A stretch of DNA of 63,671 bases, the filler included, from Thraustochytrium aureum (lineage: Eukaryota), in assembly GCA_012862495.1 (NCBI GenBank). It is 6 parts of 6 records of this genome, joined end to end, with 100 filler letters (N's around TTAATTAATTAA, not from the genome) between each part and the next. Parts side by side here need not be neighbours in the genome. Positions count along the whole stretch, not along the records: positions 1 to 14,493 come from BLSG01000303.1; positions 14,594 to 26,393 come from BLSG01000304.1; 4 more parts are not named here. One strand, given 5' to 3'. Positions 11,386-24,199 of the stretch are shown in pieces. A program made the translations under genes and the position numbers. How positions within the stretch are numbered: the first letter of the stretch is position 1; every line of letters begins with the position of its first letter. The notes beneath the pieces were generated by a model. It worked only from the letters and a program-made list of their open reading frames with translations. It made no database searches and was not told the DNA's origin.

Positions 11386-11530
11386 GATGGCCGGCACGGC
11401 GGCCGGGGCGCTGCTCGCGGCGCACGTGGACTCGGCCGCCCAGCATGAAAAGGAGCGCGAGGCGTTCATCGAGCGTCGCGTCGCGGAAGAGCTCGGACGG
11501 GGACGCGAAGCAGCGGACGTCAAGCAGTAG
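11386..11530 (+). CDS. Possible 3' fragment of an unknown protein emerging from the N gap
   Basis: Short coding-like stretch ...EKEREAFIERRVAEELGRGREAADVKQ*. Confidence 0.2.
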
Positions 11531-11836
11531 AGCTTGGCGCGAGAGGCGTGCGACGCGGCTAGAGCCCAGAACCTGCGTCGGAGCTGCTCCTTGCGCGACC
11601 CGATGTGGGCGCCAAGGGCCGCGCAGGTGTGGCGCGGCCTCGGCCGGGCGCTGGCAGGGGCGGACGACTCTGCTTGTTCGCACGAAGATAGGTACTAGTA
11701 GTCGTCGCGAGAGAGTCGACCGAACAAGTAAGGCTGATTGGATCGGGTCGAATCGGATCGTAGTATTTCTTTCGTTGAGCGAGCGAGCGAGCCGGGCGCG
11801 GCAAGGCGGGGGGCCCCTGAGGAAGGCGGCGGCACG

Positions 11837-13003
11837 TCACTTGTTGAGTTTTTCGAGGACGCGCTGGATGCCGTTCTCCTCGTACTCGCGCTTGCTGATC
11901 CAAAACTCGGGGCGGTCCTTCATGAGGTCCCCGAGCACCGAGGCGCCAAGGAAGACCATGTTTTTCCGCCGAGGCGGGTCCTCGATGCGAAGCTTGAGGC
12001 GGTTGAGGCGCGAAACGTCGCCGCGAAGCACGTTCTTGAGGTACAAGTCGCGGATGTCCTTCTCGAGCCGCGAGGGGAGGCCCGGGTACATGGACGAGCC
12101 GCCGCTGAGGACGATGTGCTTGTAGTAGGCGTCCCGGGTGTCCATGTCGGCGGCCTGGATCATGTTGAAGACCATGTCGGCCAGGCCAGCCCCCTCGCAG
12201 TCGACGAGCGACGGGTTGAAGAGGGCCTCGGCGCACTCGAAGCGCTCGCGGCCGGCCTTGATGATGGTGCCGTCGGGGAGCTTGTAGCTCTCGACCAGCA
12301 CGGTCGTCTCTTGCGCGAGAGCGCGCTCCTTGTCGATGTCAAGGGCGACGTATGCGAGCTTTTCCTTGATGGCGCGCACCGTGTCAAAGTCTGCGGTGCG
12401 GTTGAAGGCGTAGCCGCGCAGCAGCAAGAGCTTGATCAGGTAGCGCGTGATGTGGCGGCCAGCCACGTTGAGGCGGCGGATGAGGTGGCCGGGCACAAAC
12501 CCCTCGTACACAGGCACGACGTGGGTGACGCCGTCCCCGCTGTCGACCACGACACCGGTCAAGAGGCCCTGAGCGTAGAGGACAAGCATGGCCTGGATGG
12601 CCATGTGCGCGGCTTGGAATCCATAGCGCTCAAACATGGTCTCGATGGTGACCTTGCGGTTTTCCTTCGGGTTGAGTGGCGCTTCGGTGAGCATGATCTT
12701 GTGCCTGCTCGGCTCGATGCGCAGCATGTCATTGAAGGTGTAGTCCCAGAGATGGTTCATGTCGTCCCAGTTTTTCACGATGCCGTTTTCCACCGGATAG
12801 GAGATCTGGAGCGCAAAGCGCACCGCCTGGGCGTCCTCGCCGCACATGACGTCTTTCAGGTCGGCGCCCTCGATGGACTCCATTTCGGCGCGCAGCTGCG
12901 GGCGGCCCACCATGGATGGGAACACCTTTTCTGGAAAGTTTGCGCCGGCGTAGCCGCACTTGACGAACCCGGTGCCATTGTCACAGACCACTACCTCGCT
13001 CAT
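11837..13003 (-). CDS. ARP2: Actin-related protein 2 (Arp2/3 complex)
   Basis: Intact 388 aa [67 protein letters not shown]. Confidence 0.97.
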   Translation of the reverse strand: MSEVVVCDNGTGFVKCGYAGANFPEKVFPSMVGRPQLRAEMESIEGADLKDVMCGEDAQAVRFALQISYPVENGIVKNWDDMNHLWDYTFNDMLRIEPSRHKIMLTEAPLNPKENRKVTIETMFERYGFQAAHMAIQAMLVLYAQGLLTGVVVDSGDGVTHVVPVYEGFVPGHLIRRLNVAGRHITRYLIKLLLLRGYAFNRTADFDTVRAIKEKLAYVALDIDKERALAQETTVLVESYKLPDGTIIKAGRERFECAEALFNPSLVDCEGAGLADMVFNMIQAADMDTRDAYYKHIVLSGGSSMYPGLPSRLEKDIRDLYLKNVLRGDVSRLNRLKLRIEDPPRRKNMVFLGASVLGDLMKDRPEFWISKREYEENGIQRVLEKLNK

Positions 13004-14336
13004 CTTTCCTTTCGAATGGAAAGCGCGTCAATTGAAAGGGAGGCGGTGCGGGGGCAGGGGGGCTAGTTTCCCGCGCGACCTAGCAAGCGCCCAAACCAGC
13101 TGTTCGCAACGCAACGTAACGCTCTGGCGGTCAGTACTTTCTCGGCCCCTTCCGCCACCGTCCAGGCCCCTGCAGTGCTTGCACGCCGGCGGACAGGCTC
13201 CGCGCCGCTGCGGGGCCAACCGGCCGTGGCGGGCCGGCAGCAACGCCCGTCGGCTGCTGGCCGCCTGCAAGGTCCCGCAGCGCGCTCCAGCGCTCGCCTT
13301 TTGACTCACCGTCCCTCACGCCTCGATATGCTGACCCTTTCTTCGCTCGCCCTGCGCGCTCCTCGGTCCTCGTCCTCCTCTGCTGCGCTGCTGCCGCTTC
13401 TGCCGCTGCTCCTTGCCCGCCCCCTCCTGCCTCGCGCACACAGTTGGGGCAGTATCTTTCCCCCCTCGTCACCATGCACGCCGAAAAGACGTCGGAATTT
13501 GCTTTCCTTGCGTCACTTTAAGGGGTCTTGTCACGCGGACGGGCGCGGGGGGTGGGCCTGCGACACAAGGGGTCCTATGTGACGCAACGCACGATGCACA
13601 CGCGTTGCAGAGGGCCCTTCGTTTCGTTGCGAAGCTGCGTCATTTTGTTGACACTTGTGCACGAAACTCTCGCGCTTGTGCGAATTGAGGCCAATCGCGT
13701 GCGATAGAACCTGGCTATCCCAAACAGTAGCAGTCTCACATCCCCCCTCGAAATCCGTCTGTTCGTGGCGACTGAGAAGGTGGCGGTTTGAAGAGGGGAT
13801 CTGAGGATCTGACTATCTGAGGATGACATATGTTCNNNNNNNNNNNNNNNNNNNNNNNNNNNNNNNNNNNNNNNNNNNNNNNNNNNNNNNNNNNNNNNNN
13901 NNNNNNNNNNNNNNNNNNNNNNNNNNNNNNNNNNNNNNNNNNNNNNNNNNNNNNNNNNNNNNNNNNNNNNNNNNNNNNNNNNNNNNNNNNNNNNNNNNNN
14001 NNATGAAACATTCACCGAGGTGAATTTTGTCTCTAACGTTGTCTTGTTCAAGCACCCATAGATAACCCGAAGAGTTTGCGAAAAAAATTTCAAAAAATGG
14101 GTTTTCTGCAACATCATTCAGAATTCAGAACTTCAGAAAGAATTCAGAGGGGAGTTCGCCAGATTTGCCCTGTTCGGGTTCGTTTCGATTGCTCCCGAAG
14201 ATGGTTCGGGAAAGTCTCTAGAGTACCGGTAGGACAAACCAATTCGAAACAACAGAGCCCCAATCAACGCAGAGCAGAGTGCGAGGAGAGCAGACCGCGG
14301 GTAGAGCAGACCGCGAGGAGAGCGGAGCGTGCGCGG

Positions 14337-14493
14337 ATGGTTCGACGCGCGCAGTGCGCGCGGGATGGCTGCGAAAAGCAGTCGGGGTTTGGGCCTCCAA
14401 ACGGTCGCGCGACGTGGTGCGAGGCGCACGCCCCTGAAGGCACTGCTTGTGTTGCGAACCGCCGCTGTGAAGTGGAAGGCTGCTCAAAGGTGG
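14337..14493 (+). CDS. EsV-1-7-like cysteine-rich repeat protein, 5' fragment truncated by scaffold end
   Basis: MVRRAQCARDGCEKQSGFGPPNGRATWCEAHAPEGTACVANRRCEVEGCSKV matches the C-x3-GC-x-K-x3-FG-x6-8-C-x2-H repeat pattern; a second repeat has begun. Confidence 0.7.
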
Positions 14494-14593
14494 NNNNNNN
14501 NNNNNNNNNNNNNNNNNNNNNNNNNNNNNNNNNNNNNTTAATTAATTAANNNNNNNNNNNNNNNNNNNNNNNNNNNNNNNNNNNNNNNNNNNN
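14494..14593. other. Artificial scaffold-joining linker
   Basis: 44 N + TTAATTAATTAA (stops in six frames) + 44 N. Confidence 0.97.
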
Positions 14594-14660
14594 AAATATT
14601 GCCTGGAGCCGACGAGAGAGCTGGACGCGTGGCGAGGAGGCGTACTCGCCCCGGGCTGTT

Positions 14661-14734
14661 CGACTAATTCCATGCCCCTCTGCCAGTGCCGTAGAAATGA
14701 CGACTTATTCCATGCCTCTCTGCCAGTGCCGTAG
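14661..14734 (+). repeat. Direct repeat, 34 bp x2 (40-bp period)
   Basis: cgactaattccatgcccctctgccagtgccgtag / cgacttattccatgcctctctgccagtgccgtag. Confidence 0.85.
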
Positions 14735-16483
14735 GCCTAGTACACAGTGCTGAGATGCTCGTTGAATGGCGCTCCCATCCGCTTGAGAATGAAACCGAAA
14801 CCACGCTGCGAAATCGACATGCTGGTGAGTCCAACGGATTAATCCTCAGGCTGTCCGGTAGGACTCTGCTCTGCCTCCACTGCGATGGACAGATCGGTCG
14901 CTGCAGGCTCCAAATGGAGATCATCGGATCGACCACATTGCCACTGTGCAGGTAGGCCTTCGTCTGCTGTCACACGGGCAGTGACACTGATTCTCGAGCG
15001 TGCTTATTGAAAGCAGCGACCCCAGGAAGACACGTGAATACATAGCGGACATGCGCACCACTGGGCGTATCACGACATGATTGAATGATTCTGAGGGCGC
15101 GAAGAATTTATGGGGAGACTCCAAGAACTCGGGCACCTCACCAAGTTTTGCTGGATATCGACAACTCTAGCGGCAGCCTTCGTGCTTCGAGAGTCACATT
15201 TGGCTTCTGGTCCTCATGGAGCCGGCATGGGTCTTCTCCAGCGAGCTGCATCCGTGGCGCAGCGAGACGTCCCTGTTGGTGCCCTGCCTAATCCTATAGT
15301 TTTGGGAGCGTCGTTTCTTTCACTTTCTTTTGATGTTGCGCCTCCCATCTTTCAGCGTACTCTACCGTGTTGCGTAGTAACACCCAGTCACACGGAGGGA
15401 TCAAGATGTGACGTCTCAGGTGTGATCCGAGTCCCACAGGGTCGCGTTTTAAGGTTGATACGCCACCCTGGACGCGCGGCCGACGTAGCTGAAAGAAAAA
15501 AAGGACCAGGGCAGCCTCTCAGGGGAATGCAAGTTGGTTCAGCTGCGATGCGAGATAGGATCTTTGATCTTTCACGAAGCGCGAACCATAGATTTTCTTC
15601 GTTGATTTCGTCCGGTCGCGGCGACTCTGCCATTTGGAGTGATCAGCTTCGATGAACATTCACTTTCACAAGTAGCCCGGGCTGGCAAGGACGGTCGGCG
15701 GAGTTCAAGCCGCAGACGAGACGCAAGAGTTCGACCACACTCAGACGGAAGCAGCCAGCTGTGTCGACTTTCGCTGCGCTCAAAGACCCGACCCTTCGCC
15801 TTCCTCGAACATCACCGTGGCGTCCTCGCGCGGCCACCCTCGCACCAACAGAAAAACGCAGGCCTGCACCTCCCTCTCACTCAAACTAGCTAGCTAGAGT
15901 AGTAGCGAGCGCTCGAGTGCAGTACTCTATGACCAAGGCCTTGTTTTCCTCGTCTATTTCACCAAGGCGTTGCTTGGCGCAACAACGCCCGCAACGAGTT
16001 GATCCCAGACACGCGTCGCGCGACCACCAGCAGGCGAACCATCAATCACTCGCCCGGCTCTTCGGCGCCTTCATACTTTGCCAAGCGTTCTCACGGCAGT
16101 CTCTACGTGGCCGGTCAGGGGTCCGCCCCCCCATCGCGCAGCTCGCGTCTTCGGGCAGCTCGTAACGTGGATCCTCGTGGATTTTTGAATTTGTCCTGGA
16201 TGATTTTTGAATGGGTCGGTCAGAAAGCAGAAAGAGATAGCAGCAGACCCCGAACCAAGGCANNNNNNNNNNNNNNNNNNNNNNNNNNNNNNNNNNNNNN
16301 NNNNNNNNNNNNNNNNNNNNNNNNNNNNNNNNNNNNNNNNNNNNNNNNNNNNNNNNNNNNNNNNNNNNNNNNNNNNNNNNNNNNNNNNNNNNNNNNNNNN
16401 NNNNNNNNNNNNNNNNNNNNNNNNNNNNNNNNNNNNNNNNNNNNNNNNNNNNNNNNNNNNNNNNNNNNNNNNNNNNNNNNNNN

Positions 16484-16485
16484 GG

Positions 16486-16521
<36 letters not shown>

Positions 16522-16540
16522 CGGGCAGGGCGGGCAGGGC
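16484..16540 (+). repeat. (GGCA)n microsatellite next to N gap
   Basis: ggcaggcaggcaggcagg...; similar tracts at ~24618-24660 and ~55030-55078. Confidence 0.85.
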
Positions 16541-16649
16541 TGCGGACGGACGCAGCGGGGCACGCGAGGGCGGCCAGTGCGCGTCGTGCACAGGGAACTG
16601 TCAGAATACAAGCGCGAAAGGGGAAGCGCCCGCACCCGGGCGCGCTGCG

Positions 16650-19600
16650 ATGGGCCGGATTGTGCGGATTGAGGTGGACAACTTCAAGTCGTACAAAGGA
16701 CCGCAGACGATCGGGCCGTTCTTGCCGTTCACGGCGGTGATCGGGCCGAATGGAGCGGGGAAGAGCAACTTGATGGATGCGATTAGCTTTGTAGTTGGTG
16801 TGCAGACCAAGCATCTGCGCGGCGAGCAGCTCAAAGACCTCGTGTACAACGCGGACGGACGGCGCGACGAGCTGCAGCGCGAAGCGACCGTGACCCTAGT
16901 CTACTCTGGGTCGGACAACGGCGCTGAAAAGGACCCCGCTTCGGACGACGCGGAGGAGCTGCGGTTCCAGCGCACAATCTCGCACGGCGGTACGTCAAAG
17001 TACCGGTTCCAGGGCAAATCAATGGGGCGCAATGAATACGAAGCCGAGCTCAAAAAGATTGGCGTTTTGGTGAAAGCGCGCAATTTCTTGGTGTTCCAAG
17101 GCGACGTCGAGTCGATCGCGTCCAAATCGCCGGCGCAGCTGACGCGCTTCTTCGAGGACATCTGCTCGTCAGCCGACCTCATCGCCGAGTACGACGAACT
17201 GAACGCAAGGAAGGACGAAGCCGAAACCGACACGATATTCAAGTCCAAGCAAAAGAAAGGCATCACGCAGGAGCGCAAGCAGGCCCGCGAGCAAAAGCAA
17301 GAGGCCGAGCGCTTTAACGCCAAACTGGAGGAGCTCGAGCGCCTCAAGACGGAGTTCTTCTTGGGGCAGCTGTGGCAAGTCGAGCAGGAGATCGGGACTC
17401 ATCGCGCTGCTGTCACCGCGCTTGAGAGCGAGCTTGCAGAGGCGTCGCACCAAGTCAACGTCGTGGAGACGCACATCGAGGAGAAAAAGCGCGACGAAGC
17501 CGCTGCGCACAAGGCCGCCTCGCTCGCGGAAAAGCGCGTGCGCGCGATCCGCGACGAGGTTGCCAAGCTGGAGCCGGCCACCATCAAGGCCAGCGAGGCA
17601 GTTACTCACCTTCGCAAGAAGGTCGCCAACGACGGGGCTGCGCTCAACCTGGCCCGCGAGGAGCTGGCCAACCAGGGGAGCGAGCGTCAGGCCCTCGAAC
17701 TCGACATAAGCAAGGTGACGGAGGCGGAGTCCAAGCTGGTGGCAAAGCTGGAGCAAGCCGTGGCATCCGCGCGCCTGACGCCGGCCCACCTTGAAGAACT
17801 GGAGGCCATCAAGGCGACGGCGCGCGCCAAGAACGTCACATTGAGCGCGCAGCTGGAGGCAGCCGAGCGTGACCTCGGAACCAAGGACAGCAGGCTGCGC
17901 GCCCTCGAACAAAACATCGCCTCGTTGAAGAACAAGCGGGTGTTGCTCCAGTCGGAGGGCGAAGAGGTCCGCAAGCGCCGCGACATGCTAGAAGCAGCAA
18001 TCAAAACGCAGGTCCGGGACATCGAGCTCGTGAAAGACAACTTGCGCAACGAGCAGGGCCAGTTCGAGAAGCTGAGTGCCAAGCGCCATGACCTGGAGGA
18101 TGAGCTGCGTGAGGCGAACGCTGACCTTCACCAGGCCAAAGCGTACCGCGCCGAGTCCCAGAAGGAGCGCAAGATGAACGAGTTTCTCGAGAACCTCAAG
18201 CACAACTTTTCTGGCGTCAAGGGCCGAATGGTTGACCTGTGCAGCCCCGTGAACCGGCGGTACGACCTCGCGATCTCCGTCGCGCTCGGACGACAAATGG
18301 ACTCGATCGTCGTGGACCGGGAAACCACCGGACTCGAGTGCATCAAGTACATGCGAGACAAGCGCGCCGGCGTGGCTACCTTTCTTCCGCTCGACACAAT
18401 CGAGCCGAAACGCACGCAGGAGCGCCATCGGCAACTTGGCCAGCGGTACCGCCTCGCTGTGGACGTGCTCGACTACGACCAGGAAAACGACAAGGCGATC
18501 CAGTACGTGCTGGCCGGCGTCGTGATTTGCGACTCGCTCGATGATGCGCGCGACCTGTGCTTTCGGCGCCGGGAGCGCGTCAAAGCGGTCACTTTGGACG
18601 GGCACATCATCAGCACCAATGGCGACATGACCGGCGGGACGGCCGCCGGGGGTCGCGGGTCGCAAAACAGGTTTGAGCAAAAGGAGCTCGACGCCAAGCG
18701 CCGCAAGCGCGACGAGCTACGCCAAAAGCTGGAGGAGCTCGACGAGAAGCTCTTCACCATTGCGGGCCACCGCGCCAACGTACCCGGGCGGCGCGGCCCC
18801 GGCGGCGAAGGCGCGCGTGGCCGCCGCGATATTGGGGGCGGGGAGCTTCAAGACCTGGAGACCAGGCTCGGCAACATGGAAACCAAGCTGCGCTACTCTC
18901 GAATGGACCTCGAGAAGGCCAAGGAGAGATTGGGGACGCTCCGGCAGGAGTCCGAGGCGATCGAGAGCGAGCTGCGCCGCAACGAGCCGGAACAGCAGCA
19001 ACTGGAAAACCAGGTGGCAGAGGCGCGGGAGGATCTCGACAAGCTGCGCGGGCGGTCCAAGAACGACGAGGACAAGCTTGTGGCTGAGTTCGGCCTGCGC
19101 ATCGGGGTCGAGAACGTGCGCGACGAGGAGACGCGCATCAAGGAGGAGCACCAGAGGCTGGAGAGGAACTTGGCCCTCGCGCGCGAGCAGCGAAGCAAGC
19201 TCGAGTCGCAACTCCGCTACGTCGACTCCAGAAAGCTTGGCGCCACAGTAAAGCACGCCGAAGGCAAGCTCGTGGCCTCCCAAAAGGCGCTGGAGCGCAA
19301 GGAAGCCGAAGCGGCGCAGTGCGCATCGTCTCTCGATGAACGCAACGCGGCTTTGGACGCGGCTGAAGAGGCCTACAAGGCGAAAAAGCGCGTGGCCGAT
19401 GAAAGGACGCAGGAATCGCGCGCAGCCGCCGAAGAGCGCGACAAGGCCCTTCTGCGCAAGGCACAGGTCGCAAACCAGCTCTCCTTGCAAGAGAACCAGA
19501 TCGAAAAGCTGCGCGCGAAGCGCCACGAGACGTTGCGCAAGGCGGAGCTTGACCAGGTCCACATCCCGACAAAATCTGACAAGAAAAAGCGTGGCCGTCA

Positions 19601-20695
19601 GGTTGAAGGCAAGGGCAAGTCCAGCAGCGATAGCGACAGCGACGGCGACGGCGAGAGCGCGAGCGACGACGTCAGCGCTACCCAGGGCAAGAAGCGACGC
19701 GTACACGCCGACTCCGACTCTGCATCCGGCGCGGACCAGCAGGCTTCGCAGAGCTCTGACCCAAGCTCGCTAGGGTTCAGCCAGTCGGACTCGCAAGCTG
19801 TACAGCGCGACCAAAGCGCCGCGGACAACGTGGACTTTAGCTCGCTCGATGCCAAGGCCGAGTTCAGGGATGCCGACGAGGAGAAGCGCGCCTCGCTCAT
19901 CCGCGAGCTCGAGCGCTCGATCCACGCGCTCGAGGAAGAGCTGGAGAAGATGCAGCCCAACATGAAAGCAAACGAGCGATTCGCGGACGTGACCGAACGG
20001 CTCAAGTCAACAGAGGACAACCTTGCCAAGGCGCGGCAGCAGGCGCACGAGGTGGTCTTGTCCTTTGAGAAGGTCAAGCAGAGCCGGTACCGCAAGTTTA
20101 TGCACATGTTCGAGCACGTGTCGAACACGATCGACACGGTGTACCGCGAGCTGACCAAATCGGCCAAGCACCCGCTTGGGGGCAACGCGTACTTGAGCTT
20201 GGACAACACCGAGGAGCCGTACCTTGGCGGGATCAAGTACAACGCGATGCCGCCCACCAAGAGGTTTCGGGACATGGACCAGCTCTCCGGCGGGGAGAAG
20301 ACCGTCGCGGCGCTCGCGCTCCTATTTGCCATCCACAGCTACCACCCTGCCCCGTTCTTCGTCATGGTAAGTGATTCAGTTGTTTGCCTTGCCCGCGCAA
20401 ATGTGGGGCATTGCGCTGACGCAGGTCTCGCGCACTTGTTGACTCGTTGTAGGACGAGGTGGACGCTGCCTTGGACCTGGTCAACATTGCCAAGTTGTCG
20501 AACTTTATCCGCGGCCGCTCTGCCCAGGTTCAGTGCGTGGTGATCTCCCTCAAGGACACCTTTTACGACAAAGCAGATGGCCTGGTTGGGATCTACCGCG
20601 AGCAGCGTCTCAACTGCTCGCAGACGCTCACCCTCGACCTTCGCCCCTACGCGGACGAGCCAAGCAACGAGCAGGAGCCCGCCAGCGCGCGGTAG
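16650..20695 (+). CDS. SMC1: Cohesin subunit SMC1; intron 20367-20452
   Basis: MGRIVRIEVDNFKSY, GPNGAGKSNLMDAISFV, LVKARNFLVFQGDVE, hinge, KRFRDMDQLSGGEKT. A GTAAGT...GTAG intron splits Walker B FFVM|DEVDAALD. Confidence 0.97.
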
Positions 20696-20794
20696 CGAGC
20701 CGGAGCCGGGTGCGGTCGAACGGAGCCGACCGACGCGACTGGCGCCACCGACGCAAGTGCAAGTAACTTGATCAAGAAAGAAAACCTTCGTCTC

Positions 20795-22374
20795 TCAAAT
20801 CTTTGCTGCAGGCGACGTCGAAGGGCTGTCTCCGAGGCTGTACGTCTCCACGGCAGTCCCAGCGAAAACGCGACGCATCGCGGCGGAGCTCATTTGGCGC
20901 TCCTCCGCAAGTCGCTTGAACGCGTTCCATAGAACGCGATAGGAGCAGGTCACCTTGTCCATCGGGAAGTTGGACTCGAACATGCACCTCTCTGCGCCAA
21001 ATAAGTCGAGGCAGGNNNNNNNNNNNNNNNNNNNNNNNNNNNNNNNNNNNNNNNNNNNNNNNNNNNNNNNNNNNNNNNNNNNNNNNNNNNNNNNNNNNNN
21101 NNNNNNNNNNNNNNNNNNNNNNNNNNNNNNNNNNNNNNNNNNNNNNNNNNNNNNNNNNNNNNNNNNNNNNNNNNNNNNNNNNNNNNNNNNNNNNNNNNNN
21201 NNNNNNNNNNNNNNNNNNNNNNNNNNNNNNNNNNNNNNNNNNNNNNNNNNNNNNNNNNNNNNNNNNNNNNNNNNNNNNNNNNNNNNNNNNNNNNNNNNNN
21301 NNNNNNNNNNNNNNNNNNNNNNNNNNNNNNNNNNNNNNNNNNNNNNNNNNNNNNNNNNNNNNNNNNNNNNNNNNNNNNNNNNNNNNNNNNNNNNNNNNNN
21401 NNNNNNNNNNNNNNNNNNNNNNNNNNNNNNNNNNNNNNNNNNNNNNNNNNNNNNNNNNNNNNNNNNNNNNNNNNNNNNNNNNNAACCCAGGGCCGAAGAA
21501 ACTCGGCGACTTGCGTTGAGTTCGCCGGCGCGTCGCGCCGCTCGAGTCCCGAGCCGCAAACGGGCATCAAGAGCCCGCCAAGCTTGACGCGGACGTTGCC
21601 GCAGGCGGCGAGGTCCTCCATCGAGGAACGCCACTCAGCCAACACCTGATCACGGCGGCCGGCGTACGGTCCTATCCCGATGGGCCCGCCGACGTGGTCG
21701 AGTACGACGCAGAGGTCCGGCACAGCGCGCGCCAAGCGCGCAACGTAGGGGATCTGGTGGTGATACACGTATACGTCGAGAACAAGGCCGCGCTTCGCGA
21801 GGAGCTTCGCGCCACGGACGAATGCCTCGGTACAGACATGGTCGCGGTCAATCGTCGCCCCGCGCCGCGGAAGTGCGGCAGACAGAATGCCTTGGTCCTC
21901 CTCCCACGCCGCGTTGGCCCGGACGCCCCTGAACAACGGGCTGGCGCCAGCGTGGGCGTCGAGTGCCTGGCGGAGCGTAACAGGGGGCTGCGCTAGGTCG
22001 ATGTTGGCCATGATGCCGTGGATCAAGCCGGTCTCGCGCGCGACTTCGTGGACCGCGCGCGTTTCTCCAACAGAGCGTAAGTGGCGAGGCCCGTCATGGT
22101 CGTAGAAGGCATGGCACTCTACAAACACGGTTGCGACGACGCGGTGCCCGTCGCCCACGTCGCGAGCAAGCTGCTCGCCCATGTAGGTGTCATTTAGCGT
22201 ACTCCGTTCGCCGAAGGTGCGCCGGTGCTGCTCCGACAGCACGCGAGAGCCGCCAAACCACAAATGGTGGTGCGGGTCGACGATTTCCAGGTCGGGCAGG
22301 ATCACTTGCTCTTTCGGTGCTCGCGACAGCCAGGTTTGCACCGCCCCACCGTCCATGCCGCAGGCCTCCTCCAT
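20795..22374 (-). CDS. Amidohydrolase-2 family (COG3618, lactonase-like TIM barrel); spans N gap
   Basis: IVDPHHHLW, VATVFVEC, FRGVR, VVLDHVGGP, NVRVKLGG, FGAERCMFESNFPMDK. Confidence 0.88.
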
Positions 22375-23251
22375 GCCAACTCGTCGCAGCCCGCTTTCGC
22401 ACGGCGCCTCCGGACGACGCTTGGGTCCGCTCCACGGCGCGGAGCTGGCAGCGCGCACGAGCGGACACCGACCGACCACCAACCGACTAACCAGGCTTGT
22501 CAGGGTCGACCGCGGTCGCAACGCCGCTCGCCCAAAGCTCAAAGCGCGCTCTTTGGCAAGGTGGACCTTGTCGACTCGACAACGCGCGGGATCGCCGAGC
22601 GCGAGCCGCCGAGCGCGAGCCGCCGCGACGGCCTGCGGTGCCAAGCTGGGTGGACCAACGATGGCAATTGAACGAGTGCATGCACAGGCACGCCCGCAGC
22701 CAAGCCGAACTGCCAGACCAAGGGCGGCGCGACACCTCGAACTGCTCGAAGCGCTCGCTGCATTTGCCAAATCCNNNNNNNNNNNNNNNNNNNNNNNNNN
22801 NNNNNNNNNNNNNNNNNNNNNNNNNNNNNNNNNNNNNNNNNNNNNNNNNNNNNNNNNNNNNNNNNNNNNNNNNNNNNNNNNNNNNNNNNNNNNNNNNNNN
22901 NNNNNNNNNNNNNNNNNNNNNNNNNNNNNNNNNNNNNNNNNNNNNNNNNNNNNNNNNNNNNNNNNNNNNNNNNNNNNNNNNNNNNNNNNNNNNNNNNNNN
23001 NNNNNNNNNNNNNNNNNNNNNNNNNNNNNNNNNNNNNNNNNNNNNNNNNNNNNNNNNNNNNNNNNNNNNNNNNNNNNNNNNNNNNNNNNNNNNNNNNNNN
23101 NNGCTCGCTCGCTCTTGCTCTCGCTCTCTCCGTGCGTGTGCGCGACTCGCTCGGCGTTCTCGTGCGTGGTCGCTCTTGGAGGCGAGGTGTCGGGACGGGC
23201 CACAGCCGGCCGGTCCAGGCTCGCTCGGGCGCTCGGGCGCTCTCGGGCTGC

Positions 23252-24199
23252 ATGGATCACTTGCAGTGGGCGCCGCTGGCGCAGCGGCCTGATCACAGGA
23301 AACGCAAGTCGTCGGACGGGCCCAACCACGAGGCGGCGAGGGCCGTCGACGCGAGGCTGGCGGCACAGAGCAGGGAGCTTGAGCTGTCCCAAGTCTCCGA
23401 AGAGGACGCCGAAGACGGGAGCGGGCTTTTTGACGAAGGCACGACGCCCCTCACGCGGTCGCTACCAAGCGGGATCAAGCGGCGGTCAAGCATTTCGCTC
23501 GATGCGGCGTCGGCTGGCGCGGCTGGGGAGGACCTGCGCACGCCGCGCCGAGGCAGCACCACCTCAACGTCCTCGCTTATGCCCGAACACAAGGAGCCAC
23601 TTGCCGTAGTCACCGCGCCGGTCGAGCAGACGCGGATCAACATCGGAGGAGGGTTCCAAACCAGCGAACCCGAGCCAAGCGTTCTGTCGCCGCTCTCGCA
23701 CCGCAAGCCGTGCTGCTCGCGGCGCACCGAAAAATCGCTGGGGCACTGGTAGGCCTGGTCTTCTTATTCATAGCGGCTGCGCTGCTGCTCCCAAGCACCG
23801 CCGCCAAGGGAGGGCGGGAGTTCGTGGGGCGGGGGCGACGAGGACGGAAAGGCCGACGAGGAGGCGGCGAGAACTGAGGTGACGGATGACCCAAACGGTG
23901 CAAGCGGGACAGCCGCGCCAGCGCACCTGAGGACGATTGGGATTTTCGTTGCCATCGCTTTGGTTGCTTGCCTTGTGTATTATTTGGGAACTGTTGCCTA
24001 CCGGCGTAGGCAGGGGTCTGAGACGGTTTTGATGGTTCACGCTGACGAGGAGCTCAGCGGTGTGATTGAAAAGGCGCGTGCCGAGTGGCGAGCGGGCCGC
24101 TTCGCCAACGAAGACGGGTCCAACTCACGGCACCTGGTCCCCAACGCGGCGCAGCGCGCATGGGCCGCGCAGAATATCGCCTCGATGGAAGCGCTCTAG
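23252..24199 (+). CDS. Hypothetical membrane protein, likely split by frameshifts
   Basis: Low-complexity N-terminal ORF from ATG 23252, then hydrophobic segments (ALVGLVFLFIAAALLL; IGIFVAIALVACLVYYLGTVAY) in other frames. Confidence 0.35.

Noticed and set aside
11738..13066. Long antisense ORFs (442 aa opposite ARP2; also opposite DRG1, sat, SMC1 and the REase-kinase)
   Set aside because: Shadow ORFs caused by high GC3 codon bias; no recognisable domains.
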